This document shows, piece by piece, positions 13,029 through 26,310 of a stretch of 64,000 nucleotides of DNA. Within the stretch, counting starts at the first letter, position 1; every line of letters begins with the position of its first letter. A program made the position numbers and the translations under genes. The stretch is from Squalus acanthias (Eukaryota), in assembly GCA_030390025.1 (NCBI GenBank), contig CM059438.1, positions 65,722,001-65,786,000 of the forward strand, in the 5' to 3' direction. The notes under the pieces are model-generated. The model saw only the letters and a program-made list of their open reading frames with translations. It was not told the DNA's origin and searched no databases.

Positions 13029-13455
13029 CTATTTCTCTCTCCACAGATGCTGTCTGACCTGCTGAAGATTTCCAGCATTTTCTGTTTTTATTTCTAGAAG
13101 GTCACCCCTCAGCGGCCTCCTTTCTAGGCCGAAGCCTAAGTAAATCTCTCTAGTCATTCCTTGTAACTAAGACCCCTGACACCAGGCTTAAGCTCGTTGC
13201 TCTTCCCTGCAATACTGCTAGCACATCAATGTCTCGCTTCATTCTTGGCAACCATTGAAGGTACGGTCTGATCAGAATGCAATAAAGTTTGATCAACACC
13301 TCGTTTGACTTAGATCCTACTATTTTGGCTATTGAGTTCAGCATTCCATTGACTTGGTTGATTTATGCCTCCATTGGTTGTGAAAATGTTGAGGATTAGG
13401 CATTGAGGCTACCTAGACTTTTAGCTTCATACTTAGCTATTTCAACACCATTCAT

Positions 13456-14533
13456 AGTGCGGGACCTACAGTCTTTGTCACAGGTGGGGCAGACGGAGGG
13501 TGAAGGGGCGGGTGGGTGGGGTGATTGGGTTGACATGCGCTCCTTCCGCTGTTTGCGCTTGGCTTCCGCTTGCTCCCGGCGAAGAGACTCGAGGTGTTTG
13601 GCGCCTTGCCGGATGCTTCTCCTCCATTTTGTGCGGTCTTGGGCCAGGGATTCCCAGGTGTCGGTGGGGATGTTGCACTTTTTAAGGAGGCTTTGAGGGT
13701 GTCCTTGAAGCATTTCCTCTGCCCACCTGGGGCTCTCTTGCCGTGTCGGAGCTCTGAGTAGAGCGCTTGTTTTGGGAGTCTCGTATCGGGCATGCGGATG
13801 ATGTGGCCCATCCATCGGAGCTGATCGAGCGTGGTCAAAGCTTCGATGCTGGGGATGTTGGCCTGGGCGAGAACACTAATGTTGGTGCACCTATTCTGCC
13901 AATGGATTTGCAGGATCTTGCGGAGGCAGCGTTGCTGGTACCTCTCCAGTGCTTTGAGGTGCCTGCTGTACATGGTCCATGTCTCTGAAGCATACAGGAG
14001 GGCGGGTATCACTACTGCTCTGTAGACCATGAGCTTGGTGCTGGGTTTGAGGTCCTGGTCTTCAAACACTCTCTTCCTCAGGCGACTGAAGGCTGCACTG
14101 GCACACTGAAGGCGGTGTTGGACTTTGTCATCGATGTCTGCCCTTGTTGACAGTCGGCTCCTGAGGTATGGAAAGTGGTCTACATTGTCCAAGGCGTCGT
14201 TATGGATTTTGATAATCGGGGAGCAGTACTGTGTGGAGTGCGCAGGTTGGTAGAGGACCTTTGTCTTACGGATGTTTAGTGTAAGGCCCATGCTCTCGTA
14301 CGCTTCGGTGAAGGTGTTGACGACGCTTTGGGGTTCGGCCTCAGAGTTTGCGCAGACGCAAGCGTTATCTGCATACTGTAATTCGATGACAGAGGATGGG
14401 GCGACCTTGGATCTGGACTGGAGGCGACGGAGGTTGAACAGTTTCCCATTTGTTCTGTAGATTAGCTCCACTCCAGCGGGGAGCTTACTGAGGGTGAGAT
14501 GGAGCATTGCAGCCAGGAAGATCGAGAAGAGCG
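13456..14533 (-). mobile_element. RTE-clade LINE fragment (RT C-terminal half, frame open)
   Basis: YRTNGKLFNLRRL, ELQYADN, GLTLNIRKTKVL, QLRWMGHIIRMPDTRLPKQALYSEL and terminal CPTC. Confidence 0.92.
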
Positions 14534-17500
14534 CTATTGCTGACTGACTGGGTTGCTGCACAGTCCAAGCCAGGATATTACAGAAACATTGCATCCTTTC
14601 TTGTGATGGTATTGAGAGATAAAGGAAAACATTATGCAGAGAACGGAGTTGGCTACAATATGAAGACCATTGACCCCTTTGTTTGGCATCCATTCTAAGA
14701 TGGACCAATCAATTACTAATAAATTCTTGCAGAATGAAAAACAAGAATAGTCAGAGAACAGGAGCTGGGTTGTAGATGTGGTGAAAGTGCTGAGGTGAGC
14801 CTGATACATAGTTGTTGCCATGTAACTCGTGCTACTGTCCTATGAAAACATTGCAGTCTAACTCAGAAGTCCAATCCAACTTAAAGCTGTGCAAGACACA
14901 ACACAAAAATGGCAAACCTGAGGAACTGAGCTGTCACGATAATGGAAGAGCTTCCTGAGATTAGCAAATGAATGTTTCACAATTCAATTGAAGAGTGCGT
15001 TTCAAACCAGCTCATGCAGAACTGGGGCAAAAAGAGAGCTGAATGTACACACCTGACAGCCAGCCCAGCAAGCTGTCGTCATGCATCAATTGCACCAAGG
15101 ACCCAAGACATGTCAATCGTGGCATTAATCCCCATTTTCTGTTGTTGTTCAGGGTGTCAGGATAGCTCCTGACTCTCTGTCTCCCTCAACAATGTACCTG
15201 TTACTTGGCTTACCCAATTAGACACAGAGGACTGCTTGAGGTCCACAGAGGCCTGAAAGATGCTAGAAACATAAAGATGTCACCCATGTTGGTGTGGTCA
15301 AGGTTGAGCTCACTGTACAATACATTTCTAAATCAAGCCAGACTTCCTGATTGAGGTCAAGACTATTTGCTTTGACAAAAGAATCTTCTCTGAGTATTGG
15401 GTTATTTTTCAGGTCAAGGATACATAAATGCAACTAACTTGGCAGTTGTTTCCTGAGTCGCATTTACACAGATCTGGGATCAGGTCACCAGACTGATTTC
15501 TCAGTCAATGAAAGATAAATGGTGTGAGAGGACCTAAATGGAGAGGGGTGGGATGGGAGAGAGGGGGGTGGAAATAGAGGAAAATCTTAGCGTCTTTTCG
15601 GGGACATCAGTGAACAGTAATGAATTCTATTGTTAATTTTCCCTCTGAGCAATTGTCAACTGTACACCTGAGGTAAGAGTTTATTTTCTCCATTAATGCA
15701 GATACTCCAAATCTAGGTCCTGATTGGAGTGGAGCTGCAATTATGTCATGTTAAACAATTGCTGAGATATTATTTTCCCTTATCTGCTAACCACAACATA
15801 TATCAACACTGGGTATTTTTCTGAAAGAAGAGTTGGATGGTGGGGGTGGGGGGGTGGGGGGCGCGGAGTATCACTTTGTATTTTTTTGTTGAGAATGAGG
15901 GTCCATCATTGTAAGGTAATTTCTACCCTTCATCTTTCTTGCTTCTGCCCACATTATGTGCCATCTGTAGCCCTACCAGAGAGCACACCTGAGAAACCTG
16001 CTCGCATACTTCTGCCAATCTATTGTACAAAGTTAGCTGCTCGGTGGTGTGTAAGAACAGCTTTAGCCTTTGATGTTCTCCTCCCTTCCCTGGGAGGAGA
16101 AGCACCTGACCTCTACTCAGTACCAACATGCAATGGCATAACTGAGATCAGCAGCACGCAGTGTGGATGGTTGTGCGCACATGCCATTTCCTACTATTTC
16201 ATAGCTTTGTGTGACATTGGGGCAGGAATATGCCAACCTCCACTGAGGTAACTGCAAAAAAAAAAAATCCAGTATCAAGCTTTTTAATGTGAGGCACGGA
16301 TCCTTACACTTATGTACCTCATGCATCTTTTCCTTCTTACAAAATGACTGCCAAGCAGCAACATCTCATTGAAATTATTTGTTCATTGACACATGGTTTT
16401 CTCATTTGGTCTTGATATTCTATTTAGAATAAACAAAGTTACCTGGAGAGAAAATATGGGGTGAAATACCTGCTTTCATTAATTTTAGTGAAATTCTGTA
16501 ATGCAAGTGATGCAAACTTTTTTTTGGCTTAAATTACTGACAAAATGAATTCCCCTCCCCCCCCCCCCCCACCCCCGCCTTCCCCCATGTCGTTCATAGG
16601 ATTAATTTTGTAATCCTGCACTCCCAGTAGGGAAGGCATGAAGGGAGGTCAGGTCAGAGATGCTGACTAACACTGTGTGCCGATTCTCCAAACCCGTGAT
16701 CCCTGTGAGTGTGGTGCCCAGCTCAGAGTACAGGATTAGCACATGTGCGGAGTATAAGGAGAAATAAATTAATTTTGAAAACAATGAATAGTCCAACAAC
16801 TCACAATTCCTGAGCGTATTGAGCTGCTAAGTGAGAACCTTAAACCTGACCAATTATGTGTTAAGGATAAATTATATCTCTAAAGCAGTAGCTAAAGGCT
16901 TGTACATCTTATGTTGTTGATTGACTGAGTGATTCATATCACAAATTGGCAGACACATTGCTTTGTTCTCCAAAAAACTATAAATGGCAGTTTATTGTCA
17001 CAATGCCAAATTTTTATCATATTTTCTGCTTAGTAAAAAGATCTGTTTGGGCAAGCGTATTAAACAAATATTTATCCAGTAGGAAACTAATTTCAAGAGT
17101 GAGTCTTAATAAGTCTTATGAGTTTATCAAGAGCCATGCAAGTTCACTATCTCCGAAATGTTAATTTGCCAGAATAGATTTGCTCATGTTTTCTGTTTTA
17201 ATTCTCTATCCTAAAACAAGCTAAATTGACCTTTTTCAGGAACAAACCAAGCTAGGTAGAAATTTCTATGACAGTGCAGCGTTCTCAGAAGCAGTCCGTG
17301 TGTGCGTGTGTGCAGAATCTTAAAAGATGTACCAAAAATTGCGGTTTTGAATCAACATTCAGGGAAATTGAATCAGTGCAGGAGTACTGTGACTATCCTT
17401 GCTAAAATGGGATGGTTGGCTAGCATGCATTTGAACAAGATATCAATCTGATCTTTTGTAAATGATACCAGTCTACTCTCGATGGTTTACCTGAATGGTT

Positions 17501-17926
17501 CCCAGTCTTAGTTGCAGCAAAATAACTTAATCTAATAATTCAGTTCAAATATTTTCTCATAAAAGCAGCAACAAAATTGCCAGTGATCCTTTGCAGTAAA
17601 AGATGATCTCTAATACAGCAGGAGTGCTCTACACGGGAGAGCATGAGTTGGCATTTTAGAGATTTATTCCTGCTGAAAGGCTTTTTAAATTGTGTAGTGT
17701 GAGCATTTAGCAACAATTATGCTATAAGAAACAAAAATTCTTTTGAGATTTTTAAGAGCATTAGCAGAAGTTAGTATCCGCTTTATTAATGATAACCAAC
17801 AAAGTTAATAAGCAGCTGGGGTGTGTGCTGGCTCAAATACTCAGAGCAAATTAAGCCATCAAGAGTTTCACTTACGTTTAGTAGGCCACAGATTTTTTTT
17901 CCCTGTGAGTGAAACTGGTCTCTTCC

Positions 17927-18370
17927 CAGTGTCACTCTTGGCTCAGAGGTAATACTTTTGCCTCTGAGTCGAGCCCCACTCCAGAAACTTGAGCACATAA
18001 TCTCGGCTGGCACTCTAATGCAGTACTGAGGGAGTACTGCGCTGTTGGAGGTGCCGTTTTTCAGGTGAACTCGGGGCTCCATCTGTACACTCAGGTGACT
18101 GTAAAAGATCCCATGGCACTAGAAGAGCAGGGGAGAGCTCCCTGGTGTCCTAGCCAACATTAATCCCTCAACCATCACCACCAAAAACAGATTATCTGCT
18201 AATTTATCTCATTGCAGTTTGTGGAACATTGCTGTGCGGAAATTGTCTGCCACGTTTCCTATACTACAACAGTGACGACACTTCAAAAGTACTTCATTGG
18301 CTGTAAAGCACTTTGGGACGTCCTGGGGTCATGAAAGGCGCTCTATAAATGCAAGTTCTTGGTTTCTTTC
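17927..18370 (+). mobile_element. Deu-domain SINE, full length
   Basis: Head TGGCTCAGAGG, Deu core and tail CTATAAATGCAAG. Confidence 0.9.
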
Positions 18371-18844
18371 GTCGTGCCTCCACCTGATGATTCAGCCCAA
18401 GACCAGGAACTCAACATGTGGGGGAATCACTGCCATTGAACCATGTTCTGGACAGAACATTAGTGCACTCATTTCAGTTTAGTTCTGTATTGTCTGAAAC
18501 TTGGAAGCCCTTAGAGTCTGGGCACTGGATTTGATTCAATTGAAGCAGCTGTTTTATTTAAATGGAGGGTGGGGGACTGTAAGCCTATAGGCTTCTAAAT
18601 CTTTCTCCTTCTAAATTGGAGAGTCACCTTGTGGATAGTTTACTGTTGCTGAGTAAATCTAAAAAATCTGACACGCAATTACAAACATATTTGGAATTCT
18701 GATTGCATCCTTGAAATGCCTTTGTCCTTTTTTCAATAAACTGTTGGCTTTTAATGTTCAAGTGTATAGATAAAAAAATATATAAATGAACTGTCACCAC
18801 CTGACCTATGCGTGTCTTGGATGGTTGGATGTTCATCATACAAC

Positions 18845-19121
18845 CCTGGCCCAAGACCGCACAAAGTGGAGGAGAAGCATCCGGGAAGGCGCCGAACACC
18901 TCGAGTCTCTTCGCCGGGAGCAAGCGGAAGCCAAGCGCAAACAGCGCAAGGAGCGCACGTCAACCCAAGCACCCCACCCGCCCGCCCCTTCAACCACCGT
19001 CTGTCCCACCTGTGACAGAGACTGTAGGTCCCGCATTGGACTCATGAGTCACCTGAGAACTCATTTTTAATGTGGAAGCAAGTCATCCTCGGTTCCAAGG
19101 GACTGCCTAAGAAGAAGAAGA
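18845..19121 (+). mobile_element. RTE LINE 3' end with (GAA)n tail
   Basis: LAQDRTKWRRSIREG...CPTCDRDCRSRIGLMSHLRTH; closely matches the reverse complement of 13456-13648. Confidence 0.92.
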
Positions 19122-20116
19122 GTCAACTTTTGATGGGCAGTTACTGTTGGCATTTAAATATGGCCTGTAAAGAGATTGAGTGTTGCAATATATCTCGGCT
19201 TCATTAGTACCTAGAATTCTCTCCACCATATTCTCTATCATACACTTGTGAAATTCTGTTTTTGGCTTCAGATAAGAACACTGAAGTGCAGATATCCTGT
19301 ACGAGCTGGTTGACACTGCACCTCACACATCCTGAGAGGGAACGGACTATATTGTAAATGCCAATAATCAGTTTAGGAAGTTTTTTTCTAGTGTTGAAAG
19401 TGAGGAGGAACATTGTTTTATCTTCAAGCTATACAGTGAGTAGGCCAGTTGATTTAAGGATTCCACCTGCCATTCCGTCCTTCGATCAGTCTACTTGTCC
19501 TCAATTCCCCGGTATATTTAAATCGGCTCACATGTTGTTGTTTAATTTTCATATCTGCTGAAAACATGTTGGAGAACCAACCAGGGAGATGACTAGTCAA
19601 TGAGAAATTGTCAGTGTAGACAAGTGCCTGTAGTTATTGTCGGTTTGTTAAGTGCTTATTGAGCTGAACTGCAATCATTGGTTTTGAGACATAACCAGAT
19701 TTATGCTCAAGAGTGAGTGCAGGTGGTGTAAACCTAAAGCTCATACCCACCACCAAATTACAATAGCAGTTTTAAACAAAAAAGGCCAGAAAAGGCTACT
19801 TGATTCATCTGCTGATTATATTTATCTTTAATGTTGCAATCGGCCTTCGAGTCAGATGTTCTGACAGAGAATTATAAAGTTGTTCTTTTTCTCAGTGGTG
19901 CAGCTCCTGACTTCTTCCATAGACTTAGAATGGACCAGGTTAGATTCTCAGAATTTATAGCAACAAATTTCTATTTTACATGAAGCAAAGAAAAACTAGA
20001 AACACATGAATAAGGTGAATAAATCTCACAGACTGTCGTGCATATTGTAATAGGAGTTTTTATGGGGCATAAATTTACAATATGTAATACTGAATAAAAA
20101 GTAACAGTAGATAAAT

Positions 20117-20880
20117 GACCAGGAATATGCAGTTGTAATGATGGCGAAACTGTCAGCGTTCGCCGTCATTACTCTATAAAACTGACAGCAACTTCTGGTG
20201 TCCGCACATGCGCATTTAAATGCAGAAATCCGGAAGCTGCTGTCAGTGATACCCTGCTCCTCCACAGAGTATGCTGTTGCAGTCCTCGCAGATGGTAATT
20301 CATTAGAAATCACTGAATTAACGTGAACTTCAACTTTTTACGTTCTATTCATGCTGTAACAACCCTTGAAAAAGTTAAGCCTTGTTAAATGAGGTGTAAC
20401 TGATTTTTTAATGGAGTATTAAGTCATAATTTCTGCTGAACAACCTTTCTGGCCCTGAAAAACTAATTTTATATTTGTGGAGTGTCAAGTCCCTCCATTG
20501 CATGATAAAAATTCCGTAGATTTTTAAAACAATAAAAAAAAATTAAAGATTGTTTATGATATTTCAGCCTCTACCTTAATGCCATGTGTATATCCCAATC
20601 TTTATTTCGCTTTCTGTAAAAATATAAAAAGTGAATTATAAAACCTGCTTGTTATTTCCTGGTTTGCTGTCTGTGAGAATTCTTCAATGTGATTGGCTGC
20701 TTAGCCTGTTTGATGACATTATTACTGTTGCCAGAGATCCCCTATAGATGGCGCTAGAATGAAATTAATATCGGGAAAGGTGAAATCGACGCCACAGAGC
20801 CTGCCAAAAGTTTGTGGGCAGCTTTTTTCTTGGACAGCGGCGAGCGCCGTCACTTCGTCGCTGACTGCAAAATCCAGGCC
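20117..20880. mobile_element. Harbinger-type MITE with AT-rich centre
   Basis: Degenerate TIRs GACCAGGAATATGCAGT / ACTGCAAAATCCAGGCC; subterminal hairpins GTAATGATGGCGAA...TTCGCCGTCATTAC and CTGACAGC...GCTGTCAG. Confidence 0.65.
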
Positions 20881-20938
20881 ATTGTTTTTGTATTTTGCAT
20901 TTACCTTTTTGACATTGTCACAATTGGTTATCTGAAAG

Positions 20939-21013
20939 GACCACTTGTTTAGAAAGGCCACCTGTATAGAGAGATCACCTGTATAGAGAGACCACCTGTA
21001 TAGAGAGACCACC
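20939..21013. repeat. 17-bp tandem repeat (GACCACCTGTATAGAGA, about 4 copies)
   Basis: Read directly; possibly the subterminal repeats of a decayed pogo/Tigger-like element. Confidence 0.7.
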
Positions 21014-22439
21014 TCCTTACACTGACCACCTGTCATCAAACCCAGCAATAAATTCATGATTCAGACGATCCTCTATAAGGAGACTGCCTCAAGTTGGAAT
21101 GAGAAGACTTGCAAACCACATTGACAGCTGTCCGACTGCACTTGGTGACAATGCTTTGTAATATTTCATCGCCCTATTACAGTCAGATAGAGGTTGTCTC
21201 TCATCCAGCTAAACAATTTATATATTGAATTTACAAAGTGCATAAAACCAAAAGCATTCTTTTTCTTTGTTGAAAAACTGTTTGATTCAAGCGTACCAAG
21301 GTTTCTATTAAGGAACTTAGAATATATATAGTGCTTTTCATACAGCTGTAGTTTGAACAAAATGCTGCATTGCTGATTTTTCAAGTAAAAACATTTGACA
21401 CGAACCAACAAATGAGCTACTGACTTTTGAAATGCAACAGAAAAAATAGCCTTCAGACCTCCACAAAGCATTCATTTAGAACTGAAATTCTGTTTATGGT
21501 GGCACCAGCCAGTACATAAAAACTACCAGTTGTTGAAGCCCTCTTTTGTTGAAGCTAATCTCTATGTATTGAACACTTCTGTCTCTCTTCCTCGATGAGT
21601 GATGTACTGTTAAGTTTGCTAAATGTTTGCATTTGAGGCTTTTCGGTGTTTATCGGACTCTCAAGCAATTAGTGGACCCATTTACTTTTGGGAAGTGTTT
21701 CCAATGATTGCAAATGATGGCAAAAGAACGAGGCCTTGTTTGTTCTTTATCTGCTGCATAAATGGAGCTGTTGTCGGAGAATAGACAGTAAATAGAATGA
21801 GGAGAAGCAGCTGCAGGCAGGTTTCATCCTGTCACTGGAACTGTTGCACTAATTTTCCTCGCCCCAACTAAACGATGAATGAATAAGTGAATGGATTAAT
21901 GAGTGAAGTTGTCCATATCAGTAAACAGCAGTTTCATTAAGACGATGTAGCCAACAGCGACTCATTGTCAAATCTATTTTATCAGTCAGTTTTGCCCAGG
22001 AAGTGAAGACGATTGAAGCTCTGCTGACATCGAGGTGGATGTGAGTTGACTGCAGCCAATTTAAATGTAAGAAAATGTAAGCAGGGCAGGTGAAGTCAAT
22101 TCAGAGGGAATCAGAATGAAGAAAATTGCTGTCGGAGACTGTGGTGGTGGGTTCATTTAAAACTGATTCTGGAAATCCTTTGGATCAAATCAGAGCTGAA
22201 GCGTTTTGGGTCTGTTTGATCCAAATACACTTGTGACTTGGTGCCAACATCATTTACAGAACATTTCCAACACATTATGGGGAATTTTAACAGTAAAGAG
22301 GACGTGCGTTTGGGTTTGGAAAGGTCGTTAAAATCGGCGAAAATGCCAGGGCTGACACGGCTGGGAAAAGGTTTTTTGAGAGTACTTGTGGTGAGAGGCT
22401 AATTTGTGCACTTCGGAGGTATTGAGATTCAAGATCAGG

Positions 22440-23593
22440 ATGGGTGGCGCCGTGGCAGCCTCAGATTGGACCTTGGAGCAAGATGACCATCAGCAGCAGC
22501 AACAGCCTGCTGTGGAGAGAACTGCAGGTGGTCCGCAAAGAGGGGAGCAGCAGAGGTCGAGGTTGCAGGAGGCACTACCCACGTAACAGGGTGAACAGTC
22601 AGAGGCTCAGCTTCCTTGACCTCTCGGAAGATCAGTGCTTCCGAAGGCTGAGATTGTCACGTCAGGTGGTGGCAGACATCTGCAGCCTCTTAGATGATGA
22701 CCTGCTCCCTGCTGAACCTGGTGGACACACATTACTAATGGCTGTGACAGTGACCATCGCCCTCAACTCTTTGACTCCAGATCCTTCCGGATAGGCAGTA
22801 CTGGAGACATATTCAGGATCTCCCAGTCGACTGCACGTAAATGCAGAAGGCAGGTTTGCCAGGGATCGATTGGATTGTTTGCCAGGGCCGGCAATTATGT
22901 CAACTTCGCTTGCGATGACGCCAGTCAGAATGAGCGGGCGCTCGGGTTTGCGTTTCTGGCTGGCTTCCCACAGGTGCAGAATGTCATCGACTGCACACCC
23001 GTGGCAATCCGCGCACCCCTCAGATCAACCAGGATTGTTCGTCAACCGGAAGGAATTCCATTCCATCAATAGTCAGCTGGTGTGCAACCACAAGAGAAGG
23101 TTAATGCAGGCATGCGCCAGATTCACGGGGCGCTGCCATGATGCTTTCATCCTGCGGCTCCCCGACCTATTTGGAACTTCAAGCAGACTTAAGGGTTGGC
23201 TGCTAGGAGACAAAGGATACCTGCTTCAAACTTGGCTGATGGCACCCATGAGGCACTCCACCAATGAAGCCCAAGGGCAGTACAACGACAGCCATATGAC
23301 CACCAGATGTGACACTAAGCAAGCACTCGAGATGCGCTTCAGGTGCCCGACAAATCTGGAATTACCCTTCAGTACTCGCCAACGAGGATCTCCAGAATAA
23401 TTGTGGTGTGCTGCTCTCTGCACAACTTTGCACACAGCGAGGATTGGAGCTGCAGGAGGAACAAGGTGCTGAGCACACCTCGTCTGCGGATGAATCCAAT
23501 GAAGAGGAGGAGGCAGAGGGCAAAGATGGCAACCCCAACACAGCACCAGTCACTCACATTACTGCCTGCGATGCCAGGGATTCTCCTATGTAA
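22440..23593 (+). pseudogene. Harbinger DDE transposase (HARBI1-like), frameshifted
   Basis: SFLDLSEDQCFRRLRLSR, GFPQVQNVIDCTPVAIRAP, FVNRKEFHSINSQLVC, GRCHDAFIL, GWLLGDKGY and CCSLHNFA are spread over several frames. Confidence 0.92.
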
Positions 23594-23967
23594 GGTTCAG
23601 TTAGTCACTACCGCTGGACCAGTGTAATAATCACGTACAATGGCCATTTTCCACTGCCCCCACCAATCCCAGTGACACAAAGCAGCCCTGTAACCAATCA
23701 TCCAACCATTGCACATCCCCCCATTGGTCCCCATCAATTCATGCCTTCCCATTCATCAACGAGCAACTGAAAAGACAAGTTGCCACCCAGCAACCAAGAA
23801 TGGGCAACCCTGGTAGAGAGAAAAGATATGAATTAGTACTGGCAAGGTAAGAATGTTGCAACTTAGCATTATGAAGATGATCATATTACACTTGCTGCTG
23901 AAATCAAGTCAACATGACTGAGTGCCATGTGACATGTGGGTCACTGATACTTAATTCTGTAACCAGG

Positions 23968-24652
23968 TAGCTGCAAGGTCCCAATCTCTCCATCTCCAAA
24001 GGCCAGGGACGCCAAATCGCCACTGATCTCCATCGCTTCCTCCTCTGCAGAGGACCACCTCCGGTTCTCTCCCTCTCCCTAGTGTTCTCCGCTCTCTTCT
24101 CCCCTGCAAGAACAGACCTATGAGTGAAAGTGTTGACCTGATGGATGGAGTGTATTTGGTGAGGGTGACTATCAGGGAGAGGCATTAAATTGTATAAGGA
24201 TGAGGGTGAGTGGCAGTGGTGCAAGGATAGATGGGGATGTGAGGAAGTGCAAAGAAAGAGAACGATGTGTGCACTTGCAAGGTAAGTGGATGTGTGGAGT
24301 GATGAGATGGAGTAGGCTTGACAAGGCAGAGTGAACGGGGGCAGGGGGTCAGGGGTTGGGGGGTGGGGTGATGTGCATAACAGGATGTAGGTGAATGTGC
24401 AACTGTACTCAACTCTCCTGATCTGGTTAGGTCATTAAGCTGCTTCCTGCACGGAATCCAGGAGCTTGGCACAATGCTCCTGCTGCTGACCTCCTCGGCC
24501 AACTCCAGTCATGCTTTCCTTGTTGCAGCATCAGGTTTCTTCCTCCCGTTGCTGGGGAAGAGTATCTTTCTCCGACTCCTCACTGTACCCAGCAGTGCAT
24601 CAAGGGATACGTCATTAAATCTTGGTGCAGCCCGTGATCATCCTGAATCCAT
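23968..24652 (-). pseudogene. Harbinger Myb/SANT-like DNA-binding protein, at least 2 exons, with stops
   Basis: Exon 1 (24652-24413) reads MDSG*SRAAPRFNDVSLDALL...KA*LELAEEVSSRS...CRKQLNDL, with a mutated donor TTGAGT; acceptor TCTTGCAG precedes EKRAENTRERERTGGGP from 24103. Confidence 0.82.
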
Positions 24653-24944
24653 TTACAGCACTTCTCCCTCACTTTGCTGCAACTCCTGACTCCTCCAAAT
24701 TCCGTCTATGGATTGACCCTTTAAATACTGGAGTTGAGTTTGCGTCATACGGGTCCACACCAGGCCCACTGTCGCACATTCGATGCCAAACCTGGAAGTA
24801 ATATTATAATGATGTGGCTCCGTTTAAATACCACAGACAGACGCACTGAAACTTCTTCCGGATTTCGCACCCAATAGTGCAACCCCCATTCTTAACACAC
24901 CTCAAAGTTACTATCGGGGCCATTGGTGCTGCTGATACAAATGC

Positions 24945-26310
24945 AGACCAAGATTCCTTGATAGACTCAATTCTTTGAAGGTGGCACGACAAGTTGAGAA
25001 GGCTGTTAAAAAGGCATACGGGATCTTTGGCTTTATAAATAGAGGCATAGGGCTGGATTTTGATACTGGGGCGGGTTGGGGTCGTGTCATCCACTTTTCG
25101 TGTTATCCACCCGACTGCAATTGGATGTGGGAGATTGATGCAATTTTCACCTAATTGGGCAATTGAGTTCCAGCATGTGGGAACCCATGTACCAATTAGT
25201 GTTTTCAGTCTGAAAGTCACCTCTGATGATGTCATCATTGCTGCTGCATTGAAGGTCTTCAGAGACTGCCTGGCCTTTGCTGTGAGAGGACCTGGATGCA
25301 AAATGAGCAGCAGCAGCCCTAAGTCTGCTCCCAGATATTTTTACACCACCACTCCCAGATATGTCTCCTCTCCATCCATATATACATCCATCCCCACAGC
25401 CAGCCAGCCAGCCAAATGTGCTCCCCGCCAGGTTTCACAATCATGGTTCAGAACAGGCATGCTTCACGTAGAACAAGGGTTAAAATCACAAAGGCCTTTC
25501 AAAATGGCATTATAGAGGCAATTTAGTGCATGTTAAGGGCCTTGCCAGCCTATCCTGCCTCTTAGAGGCGGGATGGAGTCGGGACCAGCAGACACGATTT
25601 AATGAAAATTGCGTGGAGGCGGGATGGAGGCGGACTTGTGCCCGCCCACCAGTTTTCGCAATTTTAACCCCCCACACGCCTCCAAACCCGCCTCCACGGG
25701 TCAATGAAAATCCAGCCCATAGTGTACAAAAACAAGGAAGTTATGGTAAACTTTTACAAAACTCGGGTTCCAGTTGGAGTATTGTGGCCAACTCTGAGTG
25801 CCACACTTTAGGAAGGATGTCAAGGCTTTCGAGAGGCTGCAGAGGAGATTTATTAGAATGGTACCAGGGCGGAAAGACTTTAGTTACATGGAGAGGCTAA
25901 AAAAACTGGGGTTATTTTCCTTAGAGCAGAGAAGGTTAAGGGGGGATTTGGCACAGGTGTTCAAAATCATGAAGGGTTTTGATAGAATAAATAAATAAAA
26001 ACTGTTTCCAGTGGCAGAAGGGTCGGTAACCAGAGGACACAGATTTAAGGTAATTGGCAAAAGAGTCAGTGGCGACATGAGGAAAAAAAATTTACGCAGC
26101 GAGTTGTTATGATCTGGAATGCACTGCCTGAAAGGGCGGTGGAAGCACATTCAATAGTAACTTTCAAAAGGGGATTGGCTATATTCTTGAAAAGGGAAAA
26201 AATGCAGGGTTATTGGGAATGGGACTAATTAGATAGTTCTTTCAAAGAGCCAGCACAGGCACAATGGGCAGAATGGACTCCTTCTGTGCTGTATCATTCT
26301 ATGATTCTAT
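24945..26310 (+). mobile_element. CR1 LINE 3' fragment, interrupted by MITEs
   Basis: PHFRKDVKAFERLQRRFIRMVPG...LGLFSLEQRRLRGDL; (ATTCTATG)n tail continues at 27036-27044. Confidence 0.9.
25050..25718. mobile_element. Harbinger-type MITE
   Basis: TIR GGGCTGGATTTT / AAAATCCAGCCC; 3-bp TSD ATA at 25047-25049 and 25719-25721; the CR1 is restored on removal. Confidence 0.92.

Larger units (their letters stand above)
11159..13095 (+). mobile_element. Penelope-like retroelement, 5'-truncated (RT C-terminal half, GIY-YIG endonuclease, pLTR)
   Basis: VAMGTNIGPSY (RT) and NLVYCNPCSRCSLLYIGKTKRRLGDHFAEH (GIY-YIG); 10-bp direct repeat AGAAGGTCAC at 11149-11158 and 13096-13105. Confidence 0.93.
10850..13455 (-). 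mobile_element. Old CR1 3' fragment (10850-11158 and 13096-13455) split by a PLE
   Basis: ORF 13150-13344 (KSNEVLIKLYCILIRPYLQ) resembles the CR1 ORF2 C-terminus; the sequence is continuous across the TSD AGAAGGTCAC. Confidence 0.65.
22279..24921. mobile_element. Fossil two-gene PIF/Harbinger DNA transposon
   Basis: Convergent transposase (+) and Myb/SANT-like (-) genes; degenerate ends GGGGAATTTTAAC ... GTTACTATCGGGGCC, so boundaries are approximate. Confidence 0.85.

Noticed and set aside
13452..14708. Intact 418-aa gene
   Set aside because: The N-terminal ~58 aa are flank read-through into a truncated RTE RT; the YADD motif reads YADN and the C-terminus is out of frame.
15886..16326. Possible exon at a poly-T acceptor (minus strand, 16252) or the 121-aa + strand ORF
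   Set aside because: All three frames after the acceptor stop within about 45 codons, and neither peptide is recognisable.
22440..23593. Domesticated host HARBI1 gene
   Set aside because: Multiple frameshifts, a stop-containing Myb partner and a transposon layout indicate a decayed element.
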